64,000 nt of DNA from Octopus sinensis (taxonomy: Eukaryota): NCBI RefSeq assembly GCF_006345805.1, contig NC_042997.1, forward strand, positions 28,768,001-28,832,000. Direction: 5' to 3'. The translations under genes and the position numbers were made by a program. Below the pieces are notes generated by a model that made no database searches, was not told the DNA's origin, and was given only the letters and a program-made list of their open reading frames with translations. The stretch's first letter is position 1. Every line of letters begins with the position of its first letter. Below are positions 24,991 to 39,329 of this stretch, one piece after another.

Positions 24991-25196
24991 TTCAGCTACG
25001 AAGTTAGTAACTCGGCTTTTTTATGATCTTCCATATGTATATCATTGCATATCTTTCACACTTTCTCTCTAGAGATTAGAAGTTCTCCCAGTAGCCAGGT
25101 TGGCTGCCGTCTTCTAACTGAAATAAGAATATACATAGAAATATAAAGATATATATACAAATGTAAAAATATATAAATATATAAAAGATAGATATA

Positions 25197-25357
25197 GGCG
25201 TAGGCGTGGCTGTGTGGTAAGAAACATGCTTCCACCCACGTGGTTCCAGGTTCTGTCCCACTGCTTAGCACCTTGAGCAAGTGTCTTTTACTATAGCCTC
25301 TGGTGAACCAAAGCCTTGTGAGTGGATTTGATAGACGGAAAGTTTAAGAAGCCCAAC

Positions 25358-25421
<64 letters not shown>

Positions 25422-25655
25422 ATAATACCTATGTGTCTGTGTTTGACCCCCATCACCACTTGACAACCGGAGTTGGTATGTTTACGTCCACGTGACTTAG
25501 AAGTTCGGCAAAACAAAACGCTTGAATATGAACCAGGTTTAAATAAAAAAAATACCGGAGGCGATCCATTCAAATAAAATAAATTTCAAGGCGGTGCCCC
25601 AACATGACCGCAGTTTATTGACTGAAATAGGTAAAAAATAAAAGATAAGAATATA
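25197..25655 (+). mobile_element. SINE family A, diverged full-length copy
   Basis: GGCGTAGGCGTGGCTGTGTGGTAAG head; body and tail align to 33-453. Confidence 0.85.
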
Positions 25656-26420
25656 TAAATAGTTAGATAGGTAGATAGATAGATTGATTGATATATTGAT
25701 TGGTAGGCAGATGGAGAAGTAGATAGATAGATAGATAGATAGATAGATGCATACATACATACATACATACATACAAACATACATACATGCATACATACAT
25801 ACATACATATAGAGGAAGAACGAAACAAAAAAGAAAGAAAGAAAAGAAAAGAGAAAAAGAAAGGAAGAAGGAAAGAAAGACAAAAAAAGTGACTGTAAAA
25901 GATAAACGAATGTAATTTCCGTCCTAAGTATGAACATCGCTGAAAATTAATATATAGCCTATTTGTTTCAAACAAATGATTCCAAATTAACTTATTTTCC
26001 CTTTAACCTGTTACACGATAATGCCCTTCACGTAAACAGAATAAAAAGCCGAAGATTCCACCTGCTGATACTCTTCAATAATTAAATATTTAATAGAAAA
26101 GTCTTATAAATAAAATGCTCGGAAAACACATGACACCACGTAATTGGAAAATTCAAATTTGAGTTTGGAAACCATTTTGAAATTTCTAATTTCTGTAAAC
26201 ACAAGGGATTGTCGAAATTATAAATATAGTACATACTCCTCGTATGTTTAAGGAAGACTCTTTCTGTGCAATATATTATTGTTCAAATATATAGTATTTT
26301 AAATAGTCATTTGAATTTTCTCTTATTTTGTTTTATTCCCAGCTTTCTTAAGGAATTCCAGGAAAGTAATGTCCTTCTTAGTAACAAGTACACATATTGT
26401 AATATATGCACTTAACTGGC

Positions 26421-26506
<86 letters not shown>

Positions 26507-27014
26507 TGAGAGTGTGTATGTTTTGTGTGCTTGTGTGTTTGTTTGTGTATGTATTTATGTATATGTCTAGAGAGATAATTATAAATATACATTTATATAT
26601 ATATGTGTGTGTCTGTATGTGTGTGTGTGAGTGTGTGTGTGTGTCAGTTCCTATCTGTCTATCTAGCCATAAATCTATCTATCTACATATTATGTATATG
26701 TACATTCAGAGAGAGAGGGGAGAGAGAGACAGTGAGAACGAGTGTGTGAGAAAGAAAGAGAAGGAGAGGGAAGAGAGAGAGAGGAAGAAGTGAGAGAGCG
26801 AGAGAGAGAGAGAGATTGTTTGATGTCTCGTCCAGATTTAATATGTTAAGAAAAAGGCAGTTTTCAGGATTCCATGTCAGGGATTCATAATGAATCAATC
26901 AAAGGGCCGAAAAGATACAGCTTTCATCCAAATCCTGATGACAAACATTTCTGTAACACACAAACACAAAAACACACGCATACATTTCAACTTGTATAGA
27001 AATATATGTATACA

Positions 27015-27114
<100 letters not shown>

Positions 27115-28202
27115 ACGCGCACGTGTCTCTGGATGTGCGCGTGTGTGTAAAAGTGAGACGGAGATATATGACGGAATATTGGCAAGTCGAAGCATTTAGC
27201 TCTGTCGCTGTCACTTGATGCTGGATTCAACATATACATTAAGTATCACAGAGAGAATAGCAAAAAGACAGTTCTAAGGAAACAGCATATTGTTCCGTCT
27301 TCATAGCTGCATCAATTGCGCGCTCTTACCTTGTGCGTCTGCCACAGTTTTGTGTTTTGCTAATATCGGTATGAAACAAAAAGTAAATGAAAATGAAACT
27401 GAAAGTAGACCGTGATAATATGGACACGTGAAGTGTTAATAACAACGTAGTTAAAAGTATGGTTAGGGAATGAAGAGACAGTTGAAGAGGAGAACGAGAG
27501 AGTGGAGAGAAAAGAAAGACAGAAAACGAAACGATGAAAGAAAGAAAGGAAGAATGAAAGAAAGAAAGAAAGAAAGAAAGGAAAGAAGGAAAGAAAGAAA
27601 ATTGTAATTATCTTGCTGACAATGTCTGTATAATTAAATGTAGCCTATTTGCTTAAAACCAATGACGTCAAATTAAGTTATATTTATAATAACCCGATAT
27701 CGGCGTATCACAAAATCATTTCGTTGAGGCTTTTCCTTCTTAAGATATCCGTATTCCCACCAAACATAACAGCAACAAACGCTGTTTTTCCATCATTGCT
27801 TTAATTTCGCCTTTATTCGTACTAGCTACAATTAAATGATCTCCTTTTGAGTATCACTTCAAGGTCCAGAAAGAATTGGGTTGTCATTCTACTTCATGAA
27901 ATCTGAACGTAATCTCAATGCAATCTTAAACATTGTATTCTTCTAGTGATTCACATAAGCCAGAAAATCACCCTTAATTCTTGATTCTTATGTTTCATCG
28001 TGGCCACCAAATGGTACTTCCTGAAAGACCAAAATTTAAATAAAATGAATTAACGTTTTCATTATATTTTGATTTACCTCGACTTAATCAAGGTACTGAA
28101 CCAAAGCTGCCTTCCAGATATCGGTCACTGTATCAATTCGTCATCGGCAAAACTTTCCAGTGCAATTACGGAATTCAGATGTTTCTACGATCTTTATTTT
28201 TT

Positions 28203-28318
28203 CAAAGGTGTCCTGAAATTGTGCAAATCTCAATAATTAGTAGTTATTCATTTTCTTATGGTGACAAAATAAAAGTCATAGGCAAACAGAAAAGTTTGTA
28301 CAAAATGGGACATCCTGT
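28203..28318. mobile_element. Possible Tc1/mariner-type MITE
   Basis: Imperfect ~25-bp terminal inverted repeats: AAAGGTGTCCTGAAATTGTGCAAA versus the reverse complement ACAGGATGTCCCATTTTGTACAAA. Confidence 0.35.
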
Positions 28319-28837
28319 CATTCACTCATACTATTCATAATACTTGGAATCAAAATAACGATGACATGCTGCACATTGTTATTTTGATTTTCATCTCAGT
28401 GTTTCGCTCAACTTTTCCCAGAATGATAATGTTCTTCTAATCTATAAAGCTTCTTGCAAATGTTGCGAAAATAGGAAGGAAACTGAGATAATTAAATCTT
28501 TTGCCGTCATAGGGTGAACGTTACTGGGATATTATCTATATAAATGAATCGAAACTTTATTCTAGAAAAAAATTTAGGTACACATTTTCCATTATTTTTT
28601 TTCACTTAACAATTTTTAAATATTAAATATTTTAAAAATATTTTTAAAGCACTGCCATGGACAAATGGATGAAAAGTTTACTTTGTAATCGCAAAAATAT
28701 AAATTTTGCTGGTTCTTCTTTCGCTCCAAGTGTGAACTGGTCGATAAGAACACTCTGAGGCCATATGACTGAAGTTGGCTCTTACGACGAAATCAAGAAT
28801 ATAGTCCATGTGTTAAACCTTATTGCAAGTCTGATAT

Positions 28838-28990
28838 GGGGGTGTGATAAGAAATTTACTTTCAAACCACATAGTTCCGGGTTCGATCTACTGCGTTGTA
28901 CCTTGAGCTAGTGTTTCCTCTATAGCCTCGGGTTGTCAAAAGCCTTTGACTGGATTTCGTTGACGGAAAGTTCTAGAAGCCCATCATATA
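28838..28990 (+). mobile_element. SINE family A, 5' fragment
   Basis: AACCACATAGTTCCGGGTTCGATC...GACGGAAAGTTCTAGAAGCCC aligns to the family A head. It ends next to the hAT end. Confidence 0.7.
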
Positions 28991-28993
28991 TAC

Positions 28994-31000
28994 CAGTCGT
29001 TCCCAATCTTTTTCAGCCCAGGGACCACTTTTTACTTGAAAACATTTCTAGAGACCACTTCTACTTTTACTTTACGCTGTTCTATTTTTACACGAAAATA
29101 CTTAATGTCTATTTACACTTTCAAATTTACTTTAGCAAACAAAACATAAAATTTAAAATTTATTTTAGTAGACAATGATAAACACAAGACATCAAAATTA
29201 TTTTCCATAAGGTTGTTCATTTTTGCTCCATTCAGCTAGTGACTAGTTGAATATTGGTATTTCTTACAGCAGATATCATAATCAATTTTATTGAACTTAC
29301 TTAGTTTTAGTCTGATAGTTCCACTGCTGTTGACATCTAATTAATTTTTTTTTCTACTTAAAATATATATAACAGCTGAAATTGCAGAGTCTACCATTCA
29401 TGTGGTAGGGAAAGAAACATATTTGGGTGTGATTCCTTTATCGATATGTAGGTAAACACAGCTTCTTTTTCAACTCTTCTTCTTACTTTCATATTCTCTT
29501 TCAAATCCAGCATCATTTCTCCCAATTCAACATTTTCACTTCCTGGCTCATAATTTTCTAGGTCTACAAACCAGAGTGGATAATCCAACTTTAATAAATC
29601 ATTGTATCTTCTCCGAAGGTCTACATGAAGAACATCAAGAAGGGCAATGCATGCAGCAATGTATTCTGATGTAGGAACAGTGGTGTTAAAATTTTGAAAT
29701 GATTATTTTTCAGCCTATTTTTTCTAAAATGTTAATTTTCCAATATATCCTTTTATGTTCTGAGAACAGGTGACCAAATCTTAATTTCTACCTTGCAAGT
29801 CTAATTTAAGCAGATTCACTGTTTTTAAAAATATCAGTCAAGTAGAATATTTTTGATCTAAACTCATTAAGTCTTTCCAAAATTTTCTTAGCTGTATCAG
29901 CTTGCTTTTGGAGTTGTAATGAATCATGACAAAGTTGATTAATGGCCTCCACAAATTCACTAGTCTTTCAAGGCTTAGGCCTTTTGACAACCACTTCTGT
30001 GAGAAGAAATAGGTTTTCATCTGCACAAAATTGCATAAAAAATCTATTATTCATTGAGTTTGATTTGACAAAGTTAATTGCATGTATGGCAGAATTGAGT
30101 ACTTCTTCCATGTGTCCTCCAATATACTTAGCAACCAAATGCTGTCTGTGGATAATACAATGTATATATATAATGTGAAGAGCAACTGATTTCATTCTAG
30201 AAACAAAGCTTTTCACTTGTCCAGTCACAGATGCAGCTCCATCTGCATATGGAATATTTTTATCATAAAAATACTGCGTAACCTCATTGAATATATCTTC
30301 TCCATTAGTAGTTTCAGACAAACATTTAATAAATAACATTTCTTTCCTTATGTCATCTTCATGGATGAATTTGACATAGACCAGAAGGATAGCTTGGTTA
30401 TGAATTGTGCTATCATCAACCTCGATAGAAATATTTGTCTTTTAGAGAATTTCCACAATCCTCTCCTCAACAAAATTAGACATTTCATCCTGCCTTCTTG
30501 TAATTGTGTTATTTGGAAGTAGAATTAAACTCAGAGTAGATGACGAATCTTTTCCCAGATCCTCATTCGCACAAGCTATCATAGCAGGCTTAACAAGTTT
30601 TTCACCATAAATCTGAGGTTCTGCAACATTTGCAATAATTTCAGAGACCAAATAACTTAGTTTTAGTGGTTTTGCTTTTTCAGTATTTATCTTCTTTACA
30701 AAGTCGAGTTGTTTGATTGGCTGTATATTCTTTCTATTCTCAAAATATTCTCTACCTTTCCCAACAGATGGGGGCTGCCTTAATTTCTGGTGCTGTTCCA
30801 GCTTAACTTTCGTCATGGAATGATTTGTCATGATAGCATCACATTCAAGACACATAGGTTTTGAGTCTACAGATAAAAAAACAAACATGATAAAATCTTC
30901 ATTGTAGTTCCTCAGTCTTGCTTTTTAGCAGTTGATTCAGACATTATTATAACTGTTCTTAAAAAAAATTAAAATAACAAATTCTTTTTTTTATAAATTA
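28994..31000 (-). mobile_element. hAT (Buster/Charlie-type) DNA transposon, decayed
   Basis: TIR-like CAGTCGTTCCCAATCTTTTT at 28994. Transposase fragments: BED-like KPMCLECDAIMTNHSMTKVKLEQH, NNTITRRQDEM, SIEVDDST, YADGAASVTG, IHCIIHRQHLVAK, LLTEV. Stops and frameshifts; second TIR not found. Confidence 0.9.
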
Positions 31001-31297
31001 AAAGTATCAAATTTATTATTAAACAATGTTCTGTAGTGTTTAATTAAAAATATCAAATTTACTATGAAACTGTTGTGATTGTGAAATTTAAATGATGTAA
31101 TACTTGATTGTAATATATTATTGATTATATATTATACATTATTGATTCTTATGGAATAATTATTGAATTTTATTATTATTCTGTCTTCATTTAAATTATT
31201 CTTAACTAACAGTGTCTTTATCATCGATCAATATTGTGTAGATTTGAAATGGCTTCAATTCTTTTATGGCTACGGATTCTCTCGGATCAAGCGGTGG

Positions 31298-31500
31298 GCC
31301 CCGGAATGCTTAGCGGTATTTCGTCTGTCGTCACGTTCTGAGTTCAAATTCCGCCGAGGTCGATTTGCCTTTCATCCTTTCGGGGTCGATAAATAAAAGT
31401 ACCAGTTTCGCACTATCGTCGATGTAAACGACTTACTCCCTTTGTTGTCAGTCCGTGTTTGTCCTCTCTATGTTTAGCCCCTTGTGGGCAATAACTAAAA
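31298..31500 (+). mobile_element. SINE family B, 5'-truncated
   Basis: GTTCTGAGTTCAAATTCCGCCGAGGTCGATTTGCCTTTCATCCTTTCGGGGTCGATAA matches 42471-42705 and 59432-59661. Confidence 0.85.
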
Positions 31501-32588
31501 TATATATTGGCATAATTAAAATCTAAAAAGCCCAATTGAAAATTTATTTTATACGTATGTACTGACAGGAACTGTACATATTTACAGAGCTCGCAGCTTT
31601 TTAGTTCTTATTTCCAGCAGAGTTGGTATTGTAACACCCTACTCATATTTATTGACAATTATAGTTCACTTTCGTTTGTATAAAACATTGCATACGGTTA
31701 CCAATATTCATTTTATGCACACGCAAACACACACATACATATATATTGATTTTGTGTGTTGGTATTTCGATATGAATATACACGGAGAAGAGATACGAGG
31801 TGACATGATGTTTATTGTAATGAGGTGGGTGACATTTGAAATAATTATCTCATTGAAAATGAAATAAAGCATACAATTCTCAGTTAAAGATTAACTGTTT
31901 CTCTTTCATCTTGCATTATATAAGAGATGGAAGAACTCTTCATTAATAATGATTAATGAGTATGAAATTAACACCACAATCTTTTACAGGAGACAAAACA
32001 TTTCTCTGCTTCATTGAATGTTGTATGTAAAATAACACGTATATAAAACCTTCACTATCATAAATAGATATTTGGCTCACGTTTACAAATAACTATTCGT
32101 ACGGAAAATTACTCAATTTCCTTTAATCCGAGGATATGAAATGTCGATAAAAATACTACAATGCCAATAATTTAAGTGAGAATATTATTTCTTGCGCGGA
32201 CATATATTCAGGCAAATATAACAATGAACCAAGACTCCCATAAAACAGCAGATTCAATACTAATAATATCAAAGAGCACTTGGAGTCCTTCGCGCTTGCG
32301 AGAAATACATAATGGAGGATTGAATATATGAATAAACTTTAAATTGTAAACTAAGCTTACACACATACACACACCCACGCACACACACACACACACATAC
32401 ACACACACGCACATACACACGCGCACACACACACACGCACACACACACACAAACATGCAAACGGACACATGCATGGACCCACGAACAAACACATATGCAT
32501 GAATACTTACACGTAAACGTATAGATATATACATAGAAGCTTGTGTGTGTATATACATGTATGCATATTTATATATCAATATATATAC

Positions 32589-32630
<42 letters not shown>

Positions 32631-32737
32631 TCCCTAAATCATCCATACATTTTTATAGTCAGATACATATATACTGACGGAGAATATATCCGAAATTGGC
32701 AGAGGTCAATTGACGTCCTGTTTAACAACTATATATA

Positions 32738-32768
<31 letters not shown>

Positions 32769-32799
32769 CATATTCATACACACATATATATGTGCGTTT

Positions 32800-32837
<38 letters not shown>

Positions 32838-33224
32838 TAAAGTTAATCGAAGTACATACTAGATATTTCTCCCTGCTGGAAGTGACAGTCAAAACCTATT
32901 TAAATCTTATGCAGACTATCTCTGTGCATAAATTGAAGTATTTGGATGTGGAGATGTGAGTTCGAGTCCCACGCAGACAGGAAAGCTTTCTTTTTTCTGT
33001 CGATCAATTATACGCCCCGTTATTAGACTACTATCCTTAGTCATTGCACGGTGATTGCCATAAGGTTTAAACTTATATAAAAATATCATTATTATTACTT
33101 GCAGAATTGTAATACATGGAACCGTATAACAAAATCATTCGCACCAAAAGCATATAAAGTTTCTTTACATAAAACAAATACGAACTAATACAGTTCTATA
33201 TTTAAGAGATTAGCAATTATATAT

Positions 33225-33345
33225 TTTATTTACATTATTTACATGTGACGGATATTTTTCCTCATCTTGTTTGTTGTTGACACAACATTTCGGCATATAT
33301 ACCTTCCAGCCTTCATCAGGCGTCTTGGGGAAATTTTGAAAGTGA
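33225..33345 (-). mobile_element. Short hammerhead-bearing repeat (family H), copy 2
   Basis: Minus strand GACGC-CTGATGA-A-GGC...GCC-GAAA-TG-TT-GTGTC at 33279-33324, with the same tail as the 18277 copy. Confidence 0.8.
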
Positions 33346-33415
33346 CTACGGAATATCAAGCGGGCCATTAGCAATGGTTTTGTTGACATCAGATGTGTTT
33401 CTATCTATCTATCTT

Positions 33416-33452
<37 letters not shown>

Positions 33453-33453
33453 A

Positions 33454-33504
<51 letters not shown>

Positions 33505-35545
33505 ATATCTATCTATTTATCTATCTATCTATATATATATTTTTTCTATCTACCTATCTATATATCTATATATTTATCTATCTATATCTATTGCCCTCAA
33601 ATTATTCTCAGTTTTAGTACTTTAAACGAATGGTATATTTTTATTTTCAATATTGTTTTTTATTAATAAATTTGTATTAATATATGTTTTTTTTAATATA
33701 TAAATGTAGCCACATTTATATATTAATTAGAAAATCGTTTCTTCGTGAGCATTATATTTCTCAATGTAGTGCTAGCAATTTCCATTTAGCATGTATCTTT
33801 ACAATGTAGTTAAAACAATTATCAGATACACGTTATCTTACAATAGAGTAATTTAGTTCTTTCAATCTCTGCCTAGTTCAGTTAATAGTTTCAATATACG
33901 CAGCACTTGAAGTTTTGTTTCTATTCCGTTTTTCTCTCCGATGATTTTAATTTTTTTATTCATGTCTAATTATTTAGCTTGAATTTACTTAGTATCAATT
34001 TTACATAATTATCTTTCGACTACGACAATGAAAGCTTTAGCAACAGAATTGGATTAATAGGCAGGATTAAATTGATACCAGGTCATCTTTTCATTCTGAC
34101 TGCCGAAATGAAATCCTGAATTAAAAGCAATATGAAATTACAACATATTTTATCAGTGAAGGAAACCTTCCATTATAAGTTATTAAAAAACGTACGTGCT
34201 AAACACGTGCACACGAAATTCACATTCAAATACACACTGCCATTTCTGAATATATGTGAGAGCGTGACAGACACAATATTTCGCAAATAGCTTTTTTGTT
34301 GATAATTTTTTCGTTTTTTTCATTTATGATTTCTAAAATTAAGATGGAGGAAGAAGACCTGTAATTAAAACTAGATTTGAGTGAAGCCATTGTTCGCAAT
34401 TTTGTCATGGAACACAATACGTTCTTTGTTTTTAGTTTCATTAGAAAAACGGGTGCACACACAGCCACAAACATAGTCCATTAATGAGCAAGCTTATACG
34501 TATGAGTGTGTGTGTTCATATGCATTGATGGAATGTGTGCATCTCTGCACTGGAACCTCTATGTCTACTATATGTATAATAAATGAATGTATATTTAATT
34601 CTACTTCGGAAGCAAAGTCAGATGAATGGATAATTTTTGTAAACAGAGACTTTACACCAAATAATGTCATGCTCTAATTTCTTTAAACTGAAATACATTA
34701 ACGGGTAACAAAGATTCCGTAATTCTTGACTTCAAGTCTACATACAACTATCTGTTTATATTTGGGCGACTACAATATTCTTTATGTTAGCTTCTATGAA
34801 TTACGGCCAACATATCGTTGGTTTGATATATATTAAACGTCCGTTATAGTTCATACCAAATATACCAAAGTACTTTAGCTTAAAACCAAAATGATTATTC
34901 ATATAAAGTGGAATATAATTGTTTTGTAAAAACTGCAGGGCATCGTGTGTTTCAAACTCAAGAGTATTTTTCTGTTATTTGACCAAAAGTGCAATGCTTC
35001 TCTGTTATTCCATTACATACCATCAGCTACGTTGAGTTATTTCTCTTTGCTTATTTTAGATTAAATTAGAGAAATTACCTACGGCCGAATTTCGTTTCTA
35101 CGCGTTTTTGCATCAATCTTAGTCATATGGTAACTATTGCCGCACGGATGTATGTATGTATGTTTGTATGTATGTATGTATGTATGTATGTATGTATGTA
35201 TGTATGTATGTATGTATGTATGTATGTATGTATGTATGCATGCATGTATGTATGTATGTACGTACGTACGTACGTACGTATGTATGTATGTATGTATGTA
35301 TGTATGTATGTATGTATGTATGTATGTATGTATGTATGTATTAACCGAATGGACAATGAAGCAGTCAGTTAAATATCGAATCAATGCATGCGTAATAATG
35401 AAGTAAAAGTGAAGCTGTGCCTGTGTTTATTATTACTATAATGACCCTCACGAGATACAACAAAACCTGTCTGAACACTCAAGTTCACAGCAATAATCTT
35501 CCAGACAAAATAGAAAAAAAATGTTTCATTATATACAATTGTCGT

Positions 35546-35835
35546 AGAGGAAGGTGTATGAGAGTGGTTAGTGTATTCGGCTCATGATTGGTCGTGAGTG
35601 CAATGTTTACCGACAAAATGAATAGTACCAGTAGTTCAATTCTATTTGACAAGAATGAGTAGGACATGTATTTCAAAGTTCCAGCTTTGTTACACTCTGC
35701 GTCATGCTGAATCTCCCCGGGAACTACGACAAGTGTACATGTTTCTGCTCATACACGTGTACGTTAATTTCACGAGCAGACTGATCCGATGGTCGGATGA
35801 AGTGAAACACTCGTCGTCGTAACTGACGGAGTGTT
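35546..35835 (+). mobile_element. Diverged SINE family C-related fragment
   Basis: ACGTTAATTTCACGAGCAG...CTCGTCGTCGTAACTGACGGAGT is the reverse complement of the 3' part of 58326-58706. Confidence 0.65.
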
Positions 35836-37279
35836 ATATAATTGTCGCTTAAGGTGGGACTTTCACACGCCAGCAACAACTATTCAAAAGGTTGGTTGCT
35901 GCCTGAAAGTGCAGAGGCATCAACCACCACTTGCAGTAGGAAGTACCAATGCTGAATAAAACGTTGAAGTGCTACTACTATTGCTTTTGAGTCAACTCCT
36001 ATTCTCACTTCTTAATTCTGTCTTATTACCCTAACCCTTTCTCTCTTTCGTATATGTCTCTATTCCTTTCGTAATAAATTTGCACTTCATATTTGAAACT
36101 CTGATGAAGCTGTAGGCTAAAACAGAAGCACAAAACTAAGAATGCATTGCGCATTATAGCAGACGCTGAAGCCAATGAAGTTTGCGGTATACTTTCTTAT
36201 TCCATTGCCATTTAAATGTTTTATTACTGCTGTATATTAGCGTGGTACTGGAGCATATGCGAGTAGAGTTCGGAAACCATGTTATTAATGTCTCTATGCC
36301 TTAAGTAAAATAATATAATATAAATTGTGATATAATGTAATAGAATAAACGCAGAGACTCACACAGATGCACACACACACACACACGAGATTTGTTTCGA
36401 GACTCAAATCGTAACTTTTGTTTCGTCATAATTTGATTATTGTTATTTTATATTGTTTCATCTTACCGTTATTTCGCAAATAACATGTAATTGCATACTT
36501 CTAAGTTTCAGATAGGTTTTAATTACATTTGTGTATATATTTAAGTCACAAAAATAAGTGCTAGATATATCACATTGTTCTAAGTTTTATGAGCGGTTAA
36601 ATTTATTAAATATTAATGCTCTTTGTTCGCGATTGTTCTGATTTATTACATATTATAATTGAATTAAATGTTGATATTACATATACAATCATTTTGGCGA
36701 ATTGCAGTCCAATACAATTAGAATTATACACTAAGTATTTGTTTTATAATAATCTTCCTTGTGAGATTATGCTCAAAACAATTAAAATTCGATTTGCATA
36801 AACATTTATTATAATATTGCTTATAAATTTTGGAGTGTCTGCCAACATGTATAAGTATATATCACCATCATTATTTTGCCTTCATTATTATGGTATATTA
36901 ATTACTGTAAACCACTATATATATGCAACTCATTTAGATGTTTTTATTATCAGGAATATAACGAGTTACGAAATTACGAGTGCAATTTAAATTGCACTCT
37001 GGAAACATGAAAACATAATTGAAGGTCAACGAAATTGAATTCGAAACACAAAACACAAATAAGTAGAAGACATTGTAGGAAGATCTTTACTGATGTGGCT
37101 ATGCGACTTTATTTAAAATATACGTTTTTAAACAAGAGTCACATATATCCAGTAACGCATTCAATGTCAGTTTGCAGATGTTTTAGTATTAACAGTTGCC
37201 CCGAAATAACTTCGCGACATGTTCAAGCACCAAAAACGTAGCGCTCTATTATACGTACAACTTCAAAATGAGGTGAATA

Positions 37280-38400
37280 AAATCAAAATAAGCAACGGGA
37301 TATTCAGAGGTGTTGCAGTACACACCGATTCAAACGACTCCATTTAATTGAACAATACAATCCTCACATCAATTTAAATGCATAACTATCCTCAGCTGCA
37401 TAAATAAATATATAGAATTTTTCAAATCAGTCGGATACATTAATATAAATTTACTTAAATACTCTAATAGAGTAAGAAGACAAAGTACATGCTGCTGGCA
37501 CTTCAGCTTAGAACGTTCTAAAACGTCAGGAAAGAGTTTGTTTGAGTCATAGCTGTTCACGGATTTTGGTCCAGTTTAATTTATTAGTCTTGTTTATCAA
37601 ACCTAAGATTAGAGAATAGTGTCTGTTAGGAAAGGGTAGGTGAGCGTTGACAGAACATAGTGGGTATAGTCATAAAACTTGTCAAGATAATTTTGAAGTA
37701 GTATAAAATAAATGGCTATAATGAGTACTGGTAGAGGAACCTCTCAAATCAAGATGTTAATTATTAGTTAAAGGGGCAAGACGCCAATAAAACAAATGAT
37801 GATAATACACAGGAAATTTTATTATGGGATACTATATTTCATTGATTTAAACAATATTGTAATGTTGTATAAAGATAAAATTTAGGGTTATCAAGAAAAA
37901 ACAAAAAGATGAATTTTAAATATATAACGAGAGAGAGAGAGAGAGATTACAAAGAATTAGTTTACTGATCATTCATATACTTAATTATGTACTTATTAGG
38001 TGGTAAGGAGTACTGGGGCGATAGAGCATCCTGAGTGTATATTAATTGCTCGATGGATTTGAAGAATTATGATATATAAGCACTGGATTGCCTCTTATTT
38101 ATATGTTTAACCTGTTGATGAAAACTAGCAAATTATTTTATTTGCTAATATAACGTCAGAAACTATGATCCAGGAGATAGAAGGTAAAAGTTTTTATTTT
38201 TTATTCACTTCGAAAGTTATCCCTTATATTGGTTTGGATTTTGGGTGTTTCTTTTAGCGTGCCAGGTATCCTATGATGGATACCGCTGATGTGTTTAAAT
38301 GTACACTGTATTTATATGTATAATACATAGTCTGATGACTAATTTTTCTGTACGCTAGAACACTGGTATTAAACCTTTCTAAAGGTTTAATACCTTTAAT
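37280..38400 (-). mobile_element. Old PLE family E, 3' portion with decayed long-stem-II hammerhead (37314-37400)
   Basis: Shares the terminus AATCAAAATAAGCAAC with the 40632 and 44771 copies. Minus strand TGCAG-CTGAGGA-(57 nt)-GAAT..GTA-CTGCA. Confidence 0.6.
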
Positions 38401-38502
38401 ATATCAAGTACATTTTTAAAACATTTTTCTTGCCCTGTTATTTGAAATATGTACATATATATGTATGTATATGTACATACATACATACACACACACACAC
38501 AC

Positions 38503-38540
<38 letters not shown>

Positions 38541-38658
38541 ATCTATACATACATATATATATATATATGTATATATATATGCATACATATTTATGTACAC
38601 ATATATATATGCATATATATATACACTTATATATATATACCTACATACGTATATATAC

Positions 38659-38690
<32 letters not shown>

Positions 38691-38993
38691 GTGTGTAAGT
38701 AGATATATAATTTTAAATTAATAATAAAAGGGTAAAATTTATTAATCAATCAATTAATTAATAATTTAAGTAGATCGGCACGTTAAAAGAAACTTTATAG
38801 GTAAAATTATACAAATATTATATAATTATAAACATAATTATAAATATGTTTCACTTAATTGCTTCACCACATACCGAATTTAGAAATAGGAGTTAAAATT
38901 CCTTTTCTACTACTATAAAAATCTCCATGACGATAACATACTTTTTTTACGAAGGCAAATAATAAAACAATGAATCAACACGACCAGGAATAA

Positions 38994-39044
38994 CTATATA
39001 CTCGTTTCGAGATTAAATTTTACTTACTCCTCTCTTCAGTATAG
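38994..39044 (-). ncRNA. Type I hammerhead ribozyme motif, intact core
   Basis: Minus strand CTATA-CTGAAGA-GAG(...)CTC-GAAA-CGAG-TA-TATAG. G10.1-C11.1 pair and GUA cleavage triplet; stem I extends to GGAAATGCTATA/TATAGTTATTCC. Confidence 0.8.
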
Positions 39045-39239
39045 CATTTCCAATTATAAAATTTCAAAGTGCTGTGGTTAAATATGCACATGATCAAGTG
39101 ACATCATGTAACAGATATCCAACGAACACTTCCAAAATTTACAGAGCCGAATGTGAATACACTATTCAACTCCTATTCTAACTTCGGTATGTGGTGAAAC
39201 AATTAGCTGAACCCTATTTATAATGATGTTTAAAATTCT

Positions 39240-39273
<34 letters not shown>

Positions 39274-39329
39274 AACTGCCGCTTCTTTACAGAAGACCAA
39301 CTCTTTAATTACTCTCATGAGACCTTATA

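Noticed and set aside
26928-26960. CTGATGA near 26935
   Set aside because: No downstream GAAA or pairing arms; a chance heptamer.
27840-28030. FLDLEVIL / DFLAYVNH fragments suggesting another PLE RT relic
   Set aside because: Too short and too decayed to list as a supported feature.
36095-36135. CTGATGA-AGC(TGTAG)GCT-AAAA
   Set aside because: G12 is replaced and there is no stem III, cleavage triplet or stem I; not counted as a ribozyme.
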